Positions 1-10,171 are shown, numbered from the whole stretch's first letter. The stretch: DNA of 63,982 nt, filler included, from Sanchytrium tribonematis (GCA_018985235.1; 9 parts of 9 records of this genome joined end to end with filler, not necessarily neighbours in it); one strand, 5' to 3'. Notes: generated by a model not told the origin, from the sequence alone. Translations and numbers: made by a program.

Positions 1-1260
1 GTAAAATGTTATATTCTTTGCTAATATACTGGGAATTGCGTGTATTTCTTTTAATGCACAACACAATGAGCCAATTTCAGCTCTGGTTGAATCATCTATT
101 GCTAATTTCTCTAATTTGTAGGATTTGATAATTTGAATTGAGTTTGTTAATACGACAATGCCTGCTGTGGATTGGGTGGTTGGATGCTCATGATATGATG
201 CATCACAGTACACGTGTGTGTCTTCACTAGTCAGTGCATTTTGATAATTTACCAACGTCAAATTCCATGATTCAGGGAGTGAAACAGTTTGCAAATTTGT
301 TGTTTTTGAGCAAAGCGGTTCAGGTGGATTTCTAAAGCAATTTCTGTAGCATTTATACAATTGATTCACATAATCGTGATGATTATTACAGATATTACAA
401 TGTATTGGTCTATTTTTGTATTTTCTGCCAAACACTGCTTTTAATACGGGTGCTTGATCTGTCATGTCCAATAGCTGTTTATCCATTGAGAATCCCATAT
501 TACTCTTGTTGACATATTCTATTAAATCCAATCTATTTGCCTTTACCGAAACACGGTTCATAAATCTACTGGTCATTTTTTGCCAACGGGTTAAATACGT
601 GTCGTATCCACACCAAGTACGAATATCATCAACTGGACAATGAATTGGAATACCAGTGAGGGATCTGATGACCGTATTAATAAATATATCTATCTCAGCA
701 CATATTTTAGGTAGTGGATTATGTAAACACAATCCATAGTCCAGAGTGGGCAAGATCACTGAACCAAAATAGCGCAGTAGATGTGTAGTCTTGACTCCGC
801 CATTAAATATTCCAATGTTCTTGCTTTTACGCACTTTTTCGCGTGCTTTTTTTAAATTTGATTTCGCTTGAATTTCACCATTAAGTCCTGATTGATTGAT
901 TGCCAGGCCAAGCCACTTATCATACTGCTCAGTGAGTGCATATGTCTTTAATTCACTCAGCTCCAGACCAATTTTGGCCAATCTTTCTTTTAAATTGTTT
1001 TTAACTGTTTCAAATTGAGTTTTCTTTGTAGTAAAGAGATCATCATCACAAAACCAGACTTGGAATAAATCTAAATCCTGCATCACTGTATCCACCAGTT
1101 TTGTGAATACATTAGGAGATATGCAGGTTCCTTGCAATATCCCCCTGTGACACGATTTTGATGTTGATTTTTCGTCTCCTATTAATAATTGAATATTCTG
1201 ACGGGTACACAAATTTGTCAACAGTGCCATCAAATTATCCGGGATGTTTAGCGATCTGAA
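1..1260 (-). pseudogene. LINE ORF2 C-terminal part: RT palm/thumb, CxxC knuckle, RNase H (open to window edge; missed by ORF track)
   Basis: Manual translation gives RGILQGTCISP, WFCDD (FCDD 1042-1053), KWLG, LPTLDYG, HCNICNNHH (388-399), VYCDAS (196-213) and STRAEIGSL, with no stop down to position 1. Confidence 0.85.
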
Positions 1261-3079
1261 TATGGCCCATTTCAACTAGTTGCTGCTCCAAGTACCAGGC
1301 AGCATCCATAGTAGAACATCTGGTCTTGAAACCGAATTGATTTGCCGTGGTTTGCAAAAAACCCATGATTTGTGGTTTTAATAGCATTTCAAATAGCTTG
1401 CGCATCATGTTGCAAAGACATATTGGCCGGTATCCAAGTATATCCTCGTAGCATTGATCTTTTCCCTTATGAATTGGCACTATATAATTATTGAGCATAA
1501 TATTTGGCACCAGTCCTGTTGATCCAATCACATTAAAGTATTTTAAAAGTATTTCTATGAATCTAGTAGTTGAATTATGTAGTAATTCGTTCATGACTCC
1601 ATCAGGGCCACTACTTTTAGATTTAGGGGTACTTTTTAAAATTTTAGTAAATTCTTCTATTTCATAAATTCGCCATTCGACATGGTTTAAAGTCTCTGAA
1701 ATGTACGGATCATGAATTTGATCATCCAAGGACCATTTGTCAGTCCATTTGTCTATATGTTCATCCATTTTCAGTCGATCGAGATGTTGCTTAGGCATCC
1801 CCTTTCGTTTTGAAGAGATTTTCATCATTTTCAAAAATCCAGTAGAATTACTCGCATCACGTCTATTTCGACAGATTTTGTGTGCTATTTGTCGAGCACG
1901 AGTGACTATTCGGGAAGCAATGTCATGATTGCTGAGTTGGCCACTTGACAAGTTTGTGAGTTTTGCACAGTTGATCTCTGGGCATCTGCGGGTCTTGGAG
2001 CATCCAATGTTAGCTGCTTGATTGATAATGCTAATTAGAGTGTCGGCCACTGCATTATTTGCTGTATTTCTTCTTGAAGCACTTAAATTATTATTTTCCA
2101 TTTCAAGTAGATTTTGCTCTATTTCTGGCAGTTTCTCGATTAATCTAATATTCATTTCATTTGTATATTTCATTAAATTGTTCTCGTCTTCCAATTTCTT
2201 TACATTCCAGCGAGGTCTCTTGGGGAATAAGATCACATTCGAATTGTCCAAATCAATGTCAATAAGCAATGCTTTATGATCTGATAAATGCAAGAGATCA
2301 AGATGTTCAACACTATTCACAAAATAACTGGTATCCGATTTATAAAATAAAAAATCCAATAAGCCAATTGCCCCATTTTTCATGAATGTCAAATTATCTG
2401 GATCTTCTACATCGTATTTTAATAAGCCTTGGGCTGCGAATGAGTCAAAAAAAGAAATTTCATTCAACTGTAAAGGTGCAAGGAGGTTTATGTTTATATC
2501 TCCAAAAACAATTACTTTTTCAGACAAGAGGGGTCGAATTCTCTCGAACCATGTTAATGGGTTCTCGTCGTGTTTCTTGTACACAAACAACAAATCAATA
2601 GATCGTAGTTTTAGAAGTATGTGAAATGGACTTCCTGATACATTTAAATGACCAGATACAAACTTTTTAGGATTATAAAATAAACAACAGCCATATGGCG
2701 TGTTGTTGGTATTAAAATAAACACAGTTGGACGGTAATGGATAGTCATTTGCAACTTTACATTCGCATGCAAAGACAAGATCCACATTGTCAGTCACAAA
2801 CATGTTTTGAATATCTTGGATTTTTGCCCTCAATCCATTCACATTCCAGCTGCAAATGCGTATATTTTGCACTGTTCTTACTTTTGGTGTCTCTGGTTCT
2901 ACAAGATTATCATCTAATCTATAAAATAAATCATTTTTATGGCAAGGTAAAATTTCATCTCCCCAGTCCATGGTTTCACCATTATACACAAATCTACCAC
3001 TGGGAAATGCTCTAGCTGCAAATTCAATACCTAAATCTTGGAAGATATGTACAGGATCATCAATTGTGACATATCTTCC
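1235..3079 (-). pseudogene. LINE ORF2 N-terminal part (apurinic endonuclease + first half of RT), ending in a deletion/frameshift
   Basis: The frame is open from 3079. After STMDAAWYLEQQLVEMG the expected LDxxKAFD motif is absent and the RT resumes in another frame near 1260. Confidence 0.85.
3040..3079 (-). promoter_or_regulatory. Stem-loop immediately 3' of the ORF1 TAA (candidate readthrough/recoding signal)
   Basis: Minus strand reads TAA GGAAGATATGT-18 nt-ACATATCTTCC, a perfect 11-bp inverted repeat (3040-3050 / 3069-3079). Confidence 0.5.
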
Positions 3080-4547
3080 TTAAAATTTAATTTTCATTCC
3101 AAATGCTTTAAACATGTTTACAATACAGATAATACCCACAATGGTTGGTAATGATTTGATAAATCGATGCATTAAGTCACCAGGTAAATAAAAAAGGATG
3201 TTTAAACGAAAAATAAGATATAAATTTAGCCAGTAATAATTCATAGTTTTTACTGCCTTTTTAGTCATGTTGGCTGTGATTTGAATACTCTTGACTGTAT
3301 TTGGTTGAGCTCCTGTAATCCATTGCTTTTTATTCACGAAAATAACAAAATCTGCTGGTTGTTCTGTAACAAAGATCGGCAAAATATCATCAATTCTAAA
3401 TTCAATTGGAACAAACAAATCATGCTTTAGCTTGTCAATTTGAACTTCGACTGGAGAAATTGTATAATCCTTTACTAAAATGTATAAACATGAGTTTGGT
3501 GAAATGGGTGTTGCTTGATCGTGTACATGTTTCATGTTTAAAATCATTGATTTTGGAGTTAATTTTAGGTTCAAGTGCGCAATGGTCATGTTTGGCGACC
3601 ATTCTCGCAACTCTGCAATTGAATCAATTACCAATTTAAAAAACAATTTGGGGTTGCTTGCATTGCTGGTGATTGGTACTGATTTCATTTGTGAAATTGA
3701 TGTTGTGAATTTATGATTTGTATCTTTTCTTTTGTTCAATTTGTTTGTTTGGTGGTCCAATTCATCACTTGGTTTCTCATTGGTAGGATTTAGTGTCGAA
3801 TCAATTCTTGGAATTGGTACTTTTAAAGTGTTCATTGATGGTTTTGCTTCATCATCATCTGTTTGAACAGTATTTGAAGTATCAATCGGTTTTCTTTTTT
3901 CAATAGATTTTTTAATTTTATTTTGCCATCGCAATTTTGCCAATTCGAAAGAGATATTATCATAATTCTCAATTGATTTAATAATCTTACAATAAAAATG
4001 GCAATACGTGCTAAAAAATGACTTGAAACCGGTCTTTACATAATGAATGGCTCCTCTCTCTAAAATAAATCCCTCAAGTCTTTTAATTTCCAATTCTTTT
4101 AGTTTTGGGTCATTATACAATGCAATTTTCCAATCAAGCTCATTATACACAATAGCATCGCCAATATAATGTGAATATTCTGGATGTGATTTCATAAATA
4201 CAAATGCATTTCCGATCATGTCTTTGTACATTGTTGGGATAATCATTTCCAAGAATCTTTTCTCAAATATAAATGAAAATGTTCTGAAATCGGATTTTTT
4301 GATAAATTGTAATTGTGCCGATTTCAACTGTCGTAATTCTGAGTCATCAATCAATTCCTCCTTGTTTTGCTTCTTTTGCGCTTTGATCACTTTCTTTTGC
4401 GCTTTGATCAGTTTTGACAAATTTTCATTTTCATCCTCAATAAATTTATTAGTCGCTTCAATGATGCCATCCAGTAAATAGTTAATATCCAATTCATGAT
4501 TGCTTGTTTTTTGAAAAGGGTACACTTTACCAATGAAAAATCTAGAA
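3080..4547 (-). CDS. LINE ORF1-position protein, 3' part (interrupted upstream by Harbinger)
   Basis: 481-aa ORF with a GTG start in the track. The frame is open up to the transposon junction (ISRFFIGKVYPFQK). It lies directly upstream of, and in frame with, ORF2. Confidence 0.65.
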
Positions 4548-4784
4548 ATGGGTGGGTTTTACAATCAGAGAATCTAAGATCGAGTTGAACTGAACTCGAC
4601 CCTGTTGGTTTTACCTTTGATTTTTCAACTCAAATTGGATTCAAAGTCCAAATTTTCAATCCCTGCACATATCGGGATCGAAACAGAATTGAATCTGGTT
4701 CTGATACAACATTCCTAAAATTGATAAATAAACTCCTTTTCACGTGTTTTCTGTACATTTTTTTGGCAAAAAATACATTATACA

Positions 4785-5510
4785 ATGACAGAGGGAAGGC
4801 AAAAGTGGACAAATGAAGAAGTGGATACACTATTAAATTGGCTTTTAGAGATACAAGCTAGCCAGAGCAAGACTGATTGCAGTAAAGCTAGCGTCATTAA
4901 AGAAGGTAGTCTTTTGGATACCTACCTAGATGAAAATCCAAACTTTAGATGGAATTCTGAGCAGTGCCTAAATAAGTGGAAGGCAATAAAGAAATTGTAC
5001 AGAGCACAGATCAGGGTTGACAACACACATACTGGTGGTGGGGAAAGACCAGTAATTTTTGGAGAAAACAAAATTGCTGTTTTGATTTCATCCAAAGATC
5101 CATCAATCAAACCATTGGCAAATTACGATTCATTTACCAACACGATGAATATGCCAGAGTCATCCATCACACGAGAAAAAAATATGATTTTAAAACTAGT
5201 AAAGCAACAACCAAGCACTACTGAAGGAACCGTCATGTTGCCACCTCCACATCCAAATGCATTAGAACCCAATGAAAACGATGATTTCAATGGTCCTGCT
5301 AAAAAATCCAGAAAATCCGCTTCGATGATGATGGCAGAATCAATGTCGGAATATGTCAAAAGCAAAACTCAAGCAGTAGAACAATCCAGTCTACAAGCTA
5401 GTCTTCAAAAACAGAAACTTCAAATTGAGGCAATGAAACTAGTGATTGGTAAAACACAACAGGAAATTGAAGAGATTAAAGCCAATGCTAAATTGTTGTT
5501 GGATGATTAG
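4785..5510 (+). CDS. Harbinger Myb/SANT-like (trihelix) DNA-binding protein
   Basis: KWTNEEVDTLL...WNSEQCLNKWKAIKKLY...TGGG, an NLS-like PAKKSRK and a C-terminal coiled coil. Confidence 0.85.
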   Translation: MTEGRQKWTNEEVDTLLNWLLEIQASQSKTDCSKASVIKEGSLLDTYLDENPNFRWNSEQCLNKWKAIKKLYRAQIRVDNTHTGGGERPVIFGENKIAVLISSKDPSIKPLANYDSFTNTMNMPESSITREKNMILKLVKQQPSTTEGTVMLPPPHPNALEPNENDDFNGPAKKSRKSASMMMAESMSEYVKSKTQAVEQSSLQASLQKQKLQIEAMKLVIGKTQQEIEEIKANAKLLLDD

Positions 5511-5541
5511 AAATCAATATAGTCAATAAATACTACTAAGC

Positions 5542-5729
5542 AAAAACGCCTCTCTTTGAGCCTCTGCATTTGCTTCATTGGCCTCTGGTGATCAGCGGAG
5601 AATTAACCTGGTGGATCAGACCCGGCGACATCCCTCTTCCGTAATGACGGACCCTCAATTGGGAAGACTTGAACCCAAGACCTTCCCGTCAACTGATCGT
5701 GTCTGAGCTAAGCCAGCCACGTAGGCACC
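5542..5729 (-). ncRNA. Putative Pol III-type, tRNA-derived structured RNA / SINE-like element (~190 nt) inside the Harbinger
   Basis: GC-rich island with A-box-like TGGCTTAGCTCAG (5703-5715), B-box GGTTCAAGTC (5666-5675), T5 terminator (5542-5546) and several pairable helices. Confidence 0.55.
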
Positions 5730-5836
5730 AAAATAATTTCATGTTAGAAAATATTTACTTGAATTAATAAAAATGGAACCGCATATCAAAGATTTTATAG
5801 AAATGGGGTTTGTTATAGGTTGTTATAGAAATTTTA

Positions 5837-6709
5837 TTATAAAAAATTTTTATTGATATTGTAAACAATAACTGAGGCAGTTAATAGCAACGGAATATGC
5901 TTCACATCCGTATCCATTGTTTTATCAAACAGTCGAAATTTCGATTTAAATTGCCCGAAGGTCTGTTCTACGACCGTTCTGGCACTTCCGGATATATCTC
6001 CACCAGTTTTAAGAATAAATTCCTCCCTTTCAAATGCACTATCCACCAAAATCATTCTATCAATACTAAACACAGTCTGGCCGTCTTTGATTGCTTGATA
6101 CAAAGAAGTACTTTTTAATATACTACTGTCATTTACAGTAGATGGATATCCAGCATTGATATACCAAATTTTGCTATCATAGTCACATATAGCTAACGTA
6201 TTGATACCATAACCCTTCTTGTAACCACTGTAATACCTCTCACCAAATTTAACTGGCCTTCTTATTTTAATAAAAGTGCCGTCCATTGCAGCTACTACAT
6301 TTTCAACACCATATCGTGCTTGAAATGCACTTTCTTGTTGTCGTAATGTTGCTTCATTTACATTCACTGTGATTTCATAGAATAGATTGGTTTGAATCAA
6401 TTTTGCCATTCTTAATACAATTAAACAAATTGATCCTTTTGCAAATCCAAATCGCTGTCCCAAAGGTCTATAATTTTCACCAGTAGCAATATGCCATAAA
6501 AATATACATAGAGCCTTTCTGGCGTCAATTCTCATTACCCAATCTTGACGAATTGCATTCAAAATGTAATTGAACGCATTAGGCGGTATTCTCATATGCT
6601 CTTGGAATTCATCGTCATCCATTGTTAATAAATGATTTTCATACCAGTCAGAATTGTATTTTCTTTTATTTTTGATGATTTTGAAAGCAGCAATTAAGTA
6701 CATTAACAT
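5837..6709 (-). CDS. PIF/Harbinger DDE transposase (HARBI1-like)
   Basis: FQEHMRI HTH region, LWHIATGENYR, AAMDGTFIKI, GYPSTVNDSSIL, LVDSAF and ARTVVEQTFGQFKSKFR. Confidence 0.93.
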   Translation of the reverse strand: MLMYLIAAFKIIKNKRKYNSDWYENHLLTMDDDEFQEHMRIPPNAFNYILNAIRQDWVMRIDARKALCIFLWHIATGENYRPLGQRFGFAKGSICLIVLRMAKLIQTNLFYEITVNVNEATLRQQESAFQARYGVENVVAAMDGTFIKIRRPVKFGERYYSGYKKGYGINTLAICDYDSKIWYINAGYPSTVNDSSILKSTSLYQAIKDGQTVFSIDRMILVDSAFEREEFILKTGGDISGSARTVVEQTFGQFKSKFRLFDKTMDTDVKHIPLLLTASVIVYNINKNFL

Positions 6710-6843
6710 TGTGTCAAAAAATATTTACACACAATGTGAGTTAATCTCCATAAAACGCAATCTCCAGAATCGAGATGTATCAAGGTTGAGTCGAATTTGA
6801 GCTCGATTTATTTAGATCCCAGAGTCCAAAGTAAAACGCAGCC

Positions 6844-7124
6844 ATTAAGATATACAAATATCTTTCAGGACTCTTATTATCTATAGCTGAATCAAAAGTC
6901 CCAAGTGTGTTCTCTTCTCTGGCTGCATCGTCTTCATTTTTAAATACAAACAATTCCTTAGCCGATAATCCTTCAAGTCCACCTCTTGCTAAAACAGCCT
7001 CTTTCAATTCCAAAATTCTATTTTCACAATTCACCGCATCAGCGTCGTAACCTCTATAAGAAACAATTCGATTGGCCTGATCTTTTTCAACCAATTTATA
7101 AAAAATGACAACTTTTTCGAGCAT
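6844..7124 (-). CDS. Crinkler (CRN)-like N-terminal ubiquitin-like header domain, split from its downstream ORF by the Harbinger
   Basis: VIFYKLVE...ILELKEAV...LEGLSAKELFVFKN...YLYIL matches the CRN header pattern and ends exactly at the TIR. Confidence 0.65.
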
Positions 7125-7125
7125 G

Positions 7126-7225
7126 NNNNNNNNNNNNNNNNNNNNNNNNNNNNNNNNNNNNNNNNNNNNTTAATTAATTAANNNNNNNNNNNNNNNNNNN
7201 NNNNNNNNNNNNNNNNNNNNNNNNN
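7126..7225. other. Artificial contig linker (N-TTAATTAATTAA-N); also at 14340-14439, 21527-21626, 28704-28803, 35875-35974, 43035-43134, 50184-50283, 57326-57425
   Basis: Identical 100-nt spacers with six-frame stops. Intervening contig lengths decrease monotonically (7114, 7087, 7077, 7071, 7060, 7049, 7042). Confidence 0.98.
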
Positions 7226-7690
7226 ATTTGTAGTCAGAGTAAGCATAAATGTAAATGACCACCAAAGAATCTGGCAGCCTGGGGATACTGGTCATTTGAG
7301 TTGAGTCATTCCAAAGTATGTGAGATTTGGAAGTGCACTCATTTCTAGTCGAATATCAAGAACATTTATCAAATTTAATACTTTAAGCGTCTCAGGTAGC
7401 TGACGAATAATCAAGGATTTTCGACTCCTATTCAAATCCGATACGCGTAAATTAGATGGAAATGTAACAACCGGATACACATTCTTGTTATAATTCAATG
7501 TAAATCCCCAATGCAACTCTGTCACTGTCCCATTCTCACATTTTACTCCATATCCCAAACAGCAATCTTGCTCATACTGCACGAAGTAATCTGTATTTGT
7601 ATACTTGATGTCCATGTCCAAAGCTAATTGAATCACTACTGGACAATCTACTGACGCAGACATGAATAAAGTCAACAATAGCGCGTACAT
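7226..7690 (-). pseudogene. Secreted LRR protein (DCPxxxQLALDM..DCC family), frameshifted near 7295 and truncated by contig end
   Basis: Signal peptide plus near-identical N-cap to ORF 57436. IPRLPDSL continues in another frame after the stop. Confidence 0.7.
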
Positions 7691-7984
7691 TCAAGAAATG
7701 GGTAGTTTACTAATTTTGGAATAGATTGCTTAATAGTCTCAAGAACTAGTAGCAAGTGAATAACTAATAAATAATCTACGAACAAATTGCAAAAACAGGC
7801 TACAAAGGCATTGATTTGGATCGACATATTTATTCTGAAATTCAAATTTAACAATACAAACGTTCGCTCTTCGCCGAGACCCAAAGCATCAAATAATATA
7901 ATTGAACATTCGAAATCTAAGATTTTATTTTTTGTGACACAGTGATCACACAAATGGGGACAATTGTAAGACTTTGAAGCTCTT

Positions 7985-8715
7985 TTGATGAGAATCAAAG
8001 TACTTTGCGTAGCTAGTCTTTGTTTGCAACTGTATGATAAAATATCTTGCACTAAAACCCCGTCATTACGTCATGCATGTCCTCCAGATATTGTTACCAA
8101 AACAAAAGATGTTCCTCATTTGGCAAAAATTCTAACAACAGAGTGCAAAGATCGGGGAGCAATTTTGTATACAGAAACATGTAAAGGTGATTTACATAAA
8201 ATATATTTAAGTGGTTCCGATTCATCACCTAAATTGGAATTTTCAACGTTGCGTGAGCTGTCACTTATAATACTTGAAGTACTGGAAAATCTTGCATCAA
8301 AAGGTTTACACCATATGAATTTGAGTCCATCAAATATAATTGCTTGTGAAAACTCGTTTAAAGTCAAGGGAATTTTGGTAGAGGGGATATTGGGTTGGGA
8401 AATCCCAATTTTTATTCTGTTTATTCGATTGCCGAAGATTTAAGTATTAAACTAAATACAGGTGTGTTGGATATTCGTGCATTCGGTTTGACAATATTTA
8501 GCTTATTAAGTGGGAAAAACTTGGATGAAGAAATTCTAAAACAGACTTGTTTCTCCTCTATAGGTCCAAATTCTGATTTTGAATTTAAAAATTACTTCAC
8601 AGAGCACTCCAATGAACTCATAATGCTCGAATTTTTTAAGTATACGATTAATTGTGATTTATCAAACAATGTCGATTTAAAAGAACTGAGAACCTTGGGT
8701 TTGTTCAATACGTAG
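7985..8715 (+). pseudogene. Degenerate protein-kinase-like gene split by frameshift
   Basis: LHHMNLSPSNII (catalytic-loop-like) in 7985-8443 and LDIRAFGLTI (subdomain IX-like) in 8395-8715. Confidence 0.5.
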
Positions 8716-8764
8716 GTTGAAAATAAACTAAAATTAAAAGGTCAAGATTTGAATTTAATTTTAT

Positions 8765-8941
8765 TCATAATCCTTCTTTTGGACTTTTCGGGCATGATCC
8801 CATATATGCTGTTAAATCACCTTCGTGACCTGCTCGGCTTGCCATGCATTTATTACCATATTCGACTCCCCCAACACATACAGGATCATACTCCATCGTA
8901 CACATGTCATTAGCCAACATTAAAACTGCAAAAACAAACAT
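8765..8941 (-). CDS. Small secreted Kazal-type serine protease inhibitor (58 aa; below ORF-track cutoff)
   Basis: Manual translation MFVFAVLMLANDMCTMEYDPVCVGGVEYGNKCMA...GSC fits the Kazal CxxxYxPVC..YxNxC motif. Confidence 0.8.
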   Translation of the reverse strand: MFVFAVLMLANDMCTMEYDPVCVGGVEYGNKCMASRAGHEGDLTAYMGSCPKSPKEGL

Positions 8942-8991
8942 TTCAAGGAGAATGCGTAAAAAAATCCAACTGGTTTATTATTTTAGACACA

Positions 8992-9288
8992 TCATTGCAA
9001 TCTTAAAAAGTAATGTTTAGATAATGGTAACCCATGCTCTTTAATCTTCCTATGCGTATTTAAATGGCTGATTTTCTCATATGCTTTATTGCAATTTGGA
9101 AAATCACACACAAATACTCGATTCATTTGATGGGATGACCTTCTTTGTCGTTTATGTGGCATCACCATTTTAAATTCTTGAGCATAGGGTTCTAAAAATG
9201 ATAAATCAAAGCAATCTGGAGATGTGCAATTCAAATCTTGATGGCATTTGCATTTAGATGCTGGATATATAATCGGATAGCAATGCAT
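8992..9288 (-). CDS. C2H2 zinc-finger protein
   Basis: RVFVCDFPNCNKAYEKISHLNTHRKIKEHG. Confidence 0.8.
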   Translation of the reverse strand: MHCYPIIYPASKCKCHQDLNCTSPDCFDLSFLEPYAQEFKMVMPHKRQRRSSHQMNRVFVCDFPNCNKAYEKISHLNTHRKIKEHGLPLSKHYFLRLQ

Positions 9289-9576
9289 GCTCTAGCAGGG
9301 CATTTGTTATTTTAAATATGGATGGCATGATTTACTATTCCAATGAAAAGCAACCATTTTTAAATTAGAGGCGATGAAATGGTAACGTTTTGAATGTTTT
9401 GAATTTTCCTTTTCTCTAACTTCACCACTTTTAATGATTTCAAATGCATGACTCCATAATGAGCGTGTATCGTATTTTGTGTCGCATAGAATTGCATCGA
9501 TTTCAAGTCATCCCCCGTCCATCGCCATCACGAGATTTGGATCAATCAACATGATCAAGGAGATTCAGTTACAAAC

Positions 9577-10164
9577 ATGTTGATTTTGAATGTATTATTC
9601 GCAATCTCACAAGCACCTATCGTCGCATTAAAAGACACCAATACAACCGATCCAACAACCACAGATCCATCTACAGATCCCTCTACTGATACAGGTGATT
9701 CTAGTGGTGGTCCGGGTGTTGCACGATTCTCTAGTCCACAAAGTGACTGGAAATCCCAACAAAACATCCCATTAAGTGCCAATTTGAAAGTAGAATGGTC
9801 TTTTACAGACGCATTAACCAATGCTCCTGATAAAATGACATTGGAATTAGAAGTCCCATTTACTTCCCCAATTCAGTATATTGTCATTAATGACAAAATC
9901 AGTAAAGGCACCACTACGTATAATTGGAAACCAAGTAAAGATTTAACCCCTCAAAAAGGTTATCGATTATTATTACGTAGAACTCAAAATGATGGAGAAG
10001 ATCGTGCGAAAACATTACAAGCTGGATTTGGTCAATTAACACCTAGTTATAGTCCCAGATTCACATTGTATGTCAGCAAAGATTATTCTCCTGATCCATC
10101 TACAGAAGCATCTGCATCCACATTATTTGCATATTTTGCATTTTTGTGGATTCACTTTCAATAA
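9577..10164 (+). CDS. Secreted/GPI-anchor-like protein with T/D/P-rich linker and beta-sandwich-like domain
   Basis: Signal peptide, TDP repeats, TYNW motif and hydrophobic C-terminus. Confidence 0.6.
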   Translation: MLILNVLFAISQAPIVALKDTNTTDPTTTDPSTDPSTDTGDSSGGPGVARFSSPQSDWKSQQNIPLSANLKVEWSFTDALTNAPDKMTLELEVPFTSPIQYIVINDKISKGTTTYNWKPSKDLTPQKGYRLLLRRTQNDGEDRAKTLQAGFGQLTPSYSPRFTLYVSKDYSPDPSTEASASTLFAYFAFLWIHFQ

Positions 10165-10171
10165 AAATTTA

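Larger units (their letters stand above)
1..4547 (-). mobile_element. Non-LTR (LINE-like) retrotransposon: ORF1 + APE-RT-Cys/His knuckle-RNase H; 5' part lies beyond the Harbinger insertion (6844-7124); 3' end runs off the window
   Basis: APE motifs (ICSWNVNGLR, VFGDININ, LSDHKAL) and RT motifs (SGPDG, YRPICLCN, NQFGF) in ORF 1235-2989. GILQGTCISP, FCDD and RNase H motifs read by hand in the frame continuing to position 1. Confidence 0.9.
4550..6843. mobile_element. PIF/Harbinger-superfamily DNA transposon (Myb/SANT gene + DDE transposase, convergent)
   Basis: TIRs GGGTGGGTTTTAC (4550-4562) and GTAAAACGCAGCC (6831-6843) match 11/13. AT flanks both sides (4548-4549, 6844-6845). Similar subterminal sequences and the typical two-gene layout are present. 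Confidence 0.88.

Noticed and set aside
3080..3082. TAA reassigned to Gln (as in some aphelids) as an explanation for the in-frame stop
   Set aside because: LYS1, PPE1, SDH4 and COQ9 end at TAA at the expected positions, and long conserved ORFs lack internal TAA/TAG.
5542..5729. Functional tRNA, vault RNA or self-cleaving ribozyme
   Set aside because: The D-arm and acceptor stem cannot form a cloverleaf. The vault-like 5' end is explained by the shared A box. No hammerhead (CUGAUGA/GAAA) or twister core was found by eye.
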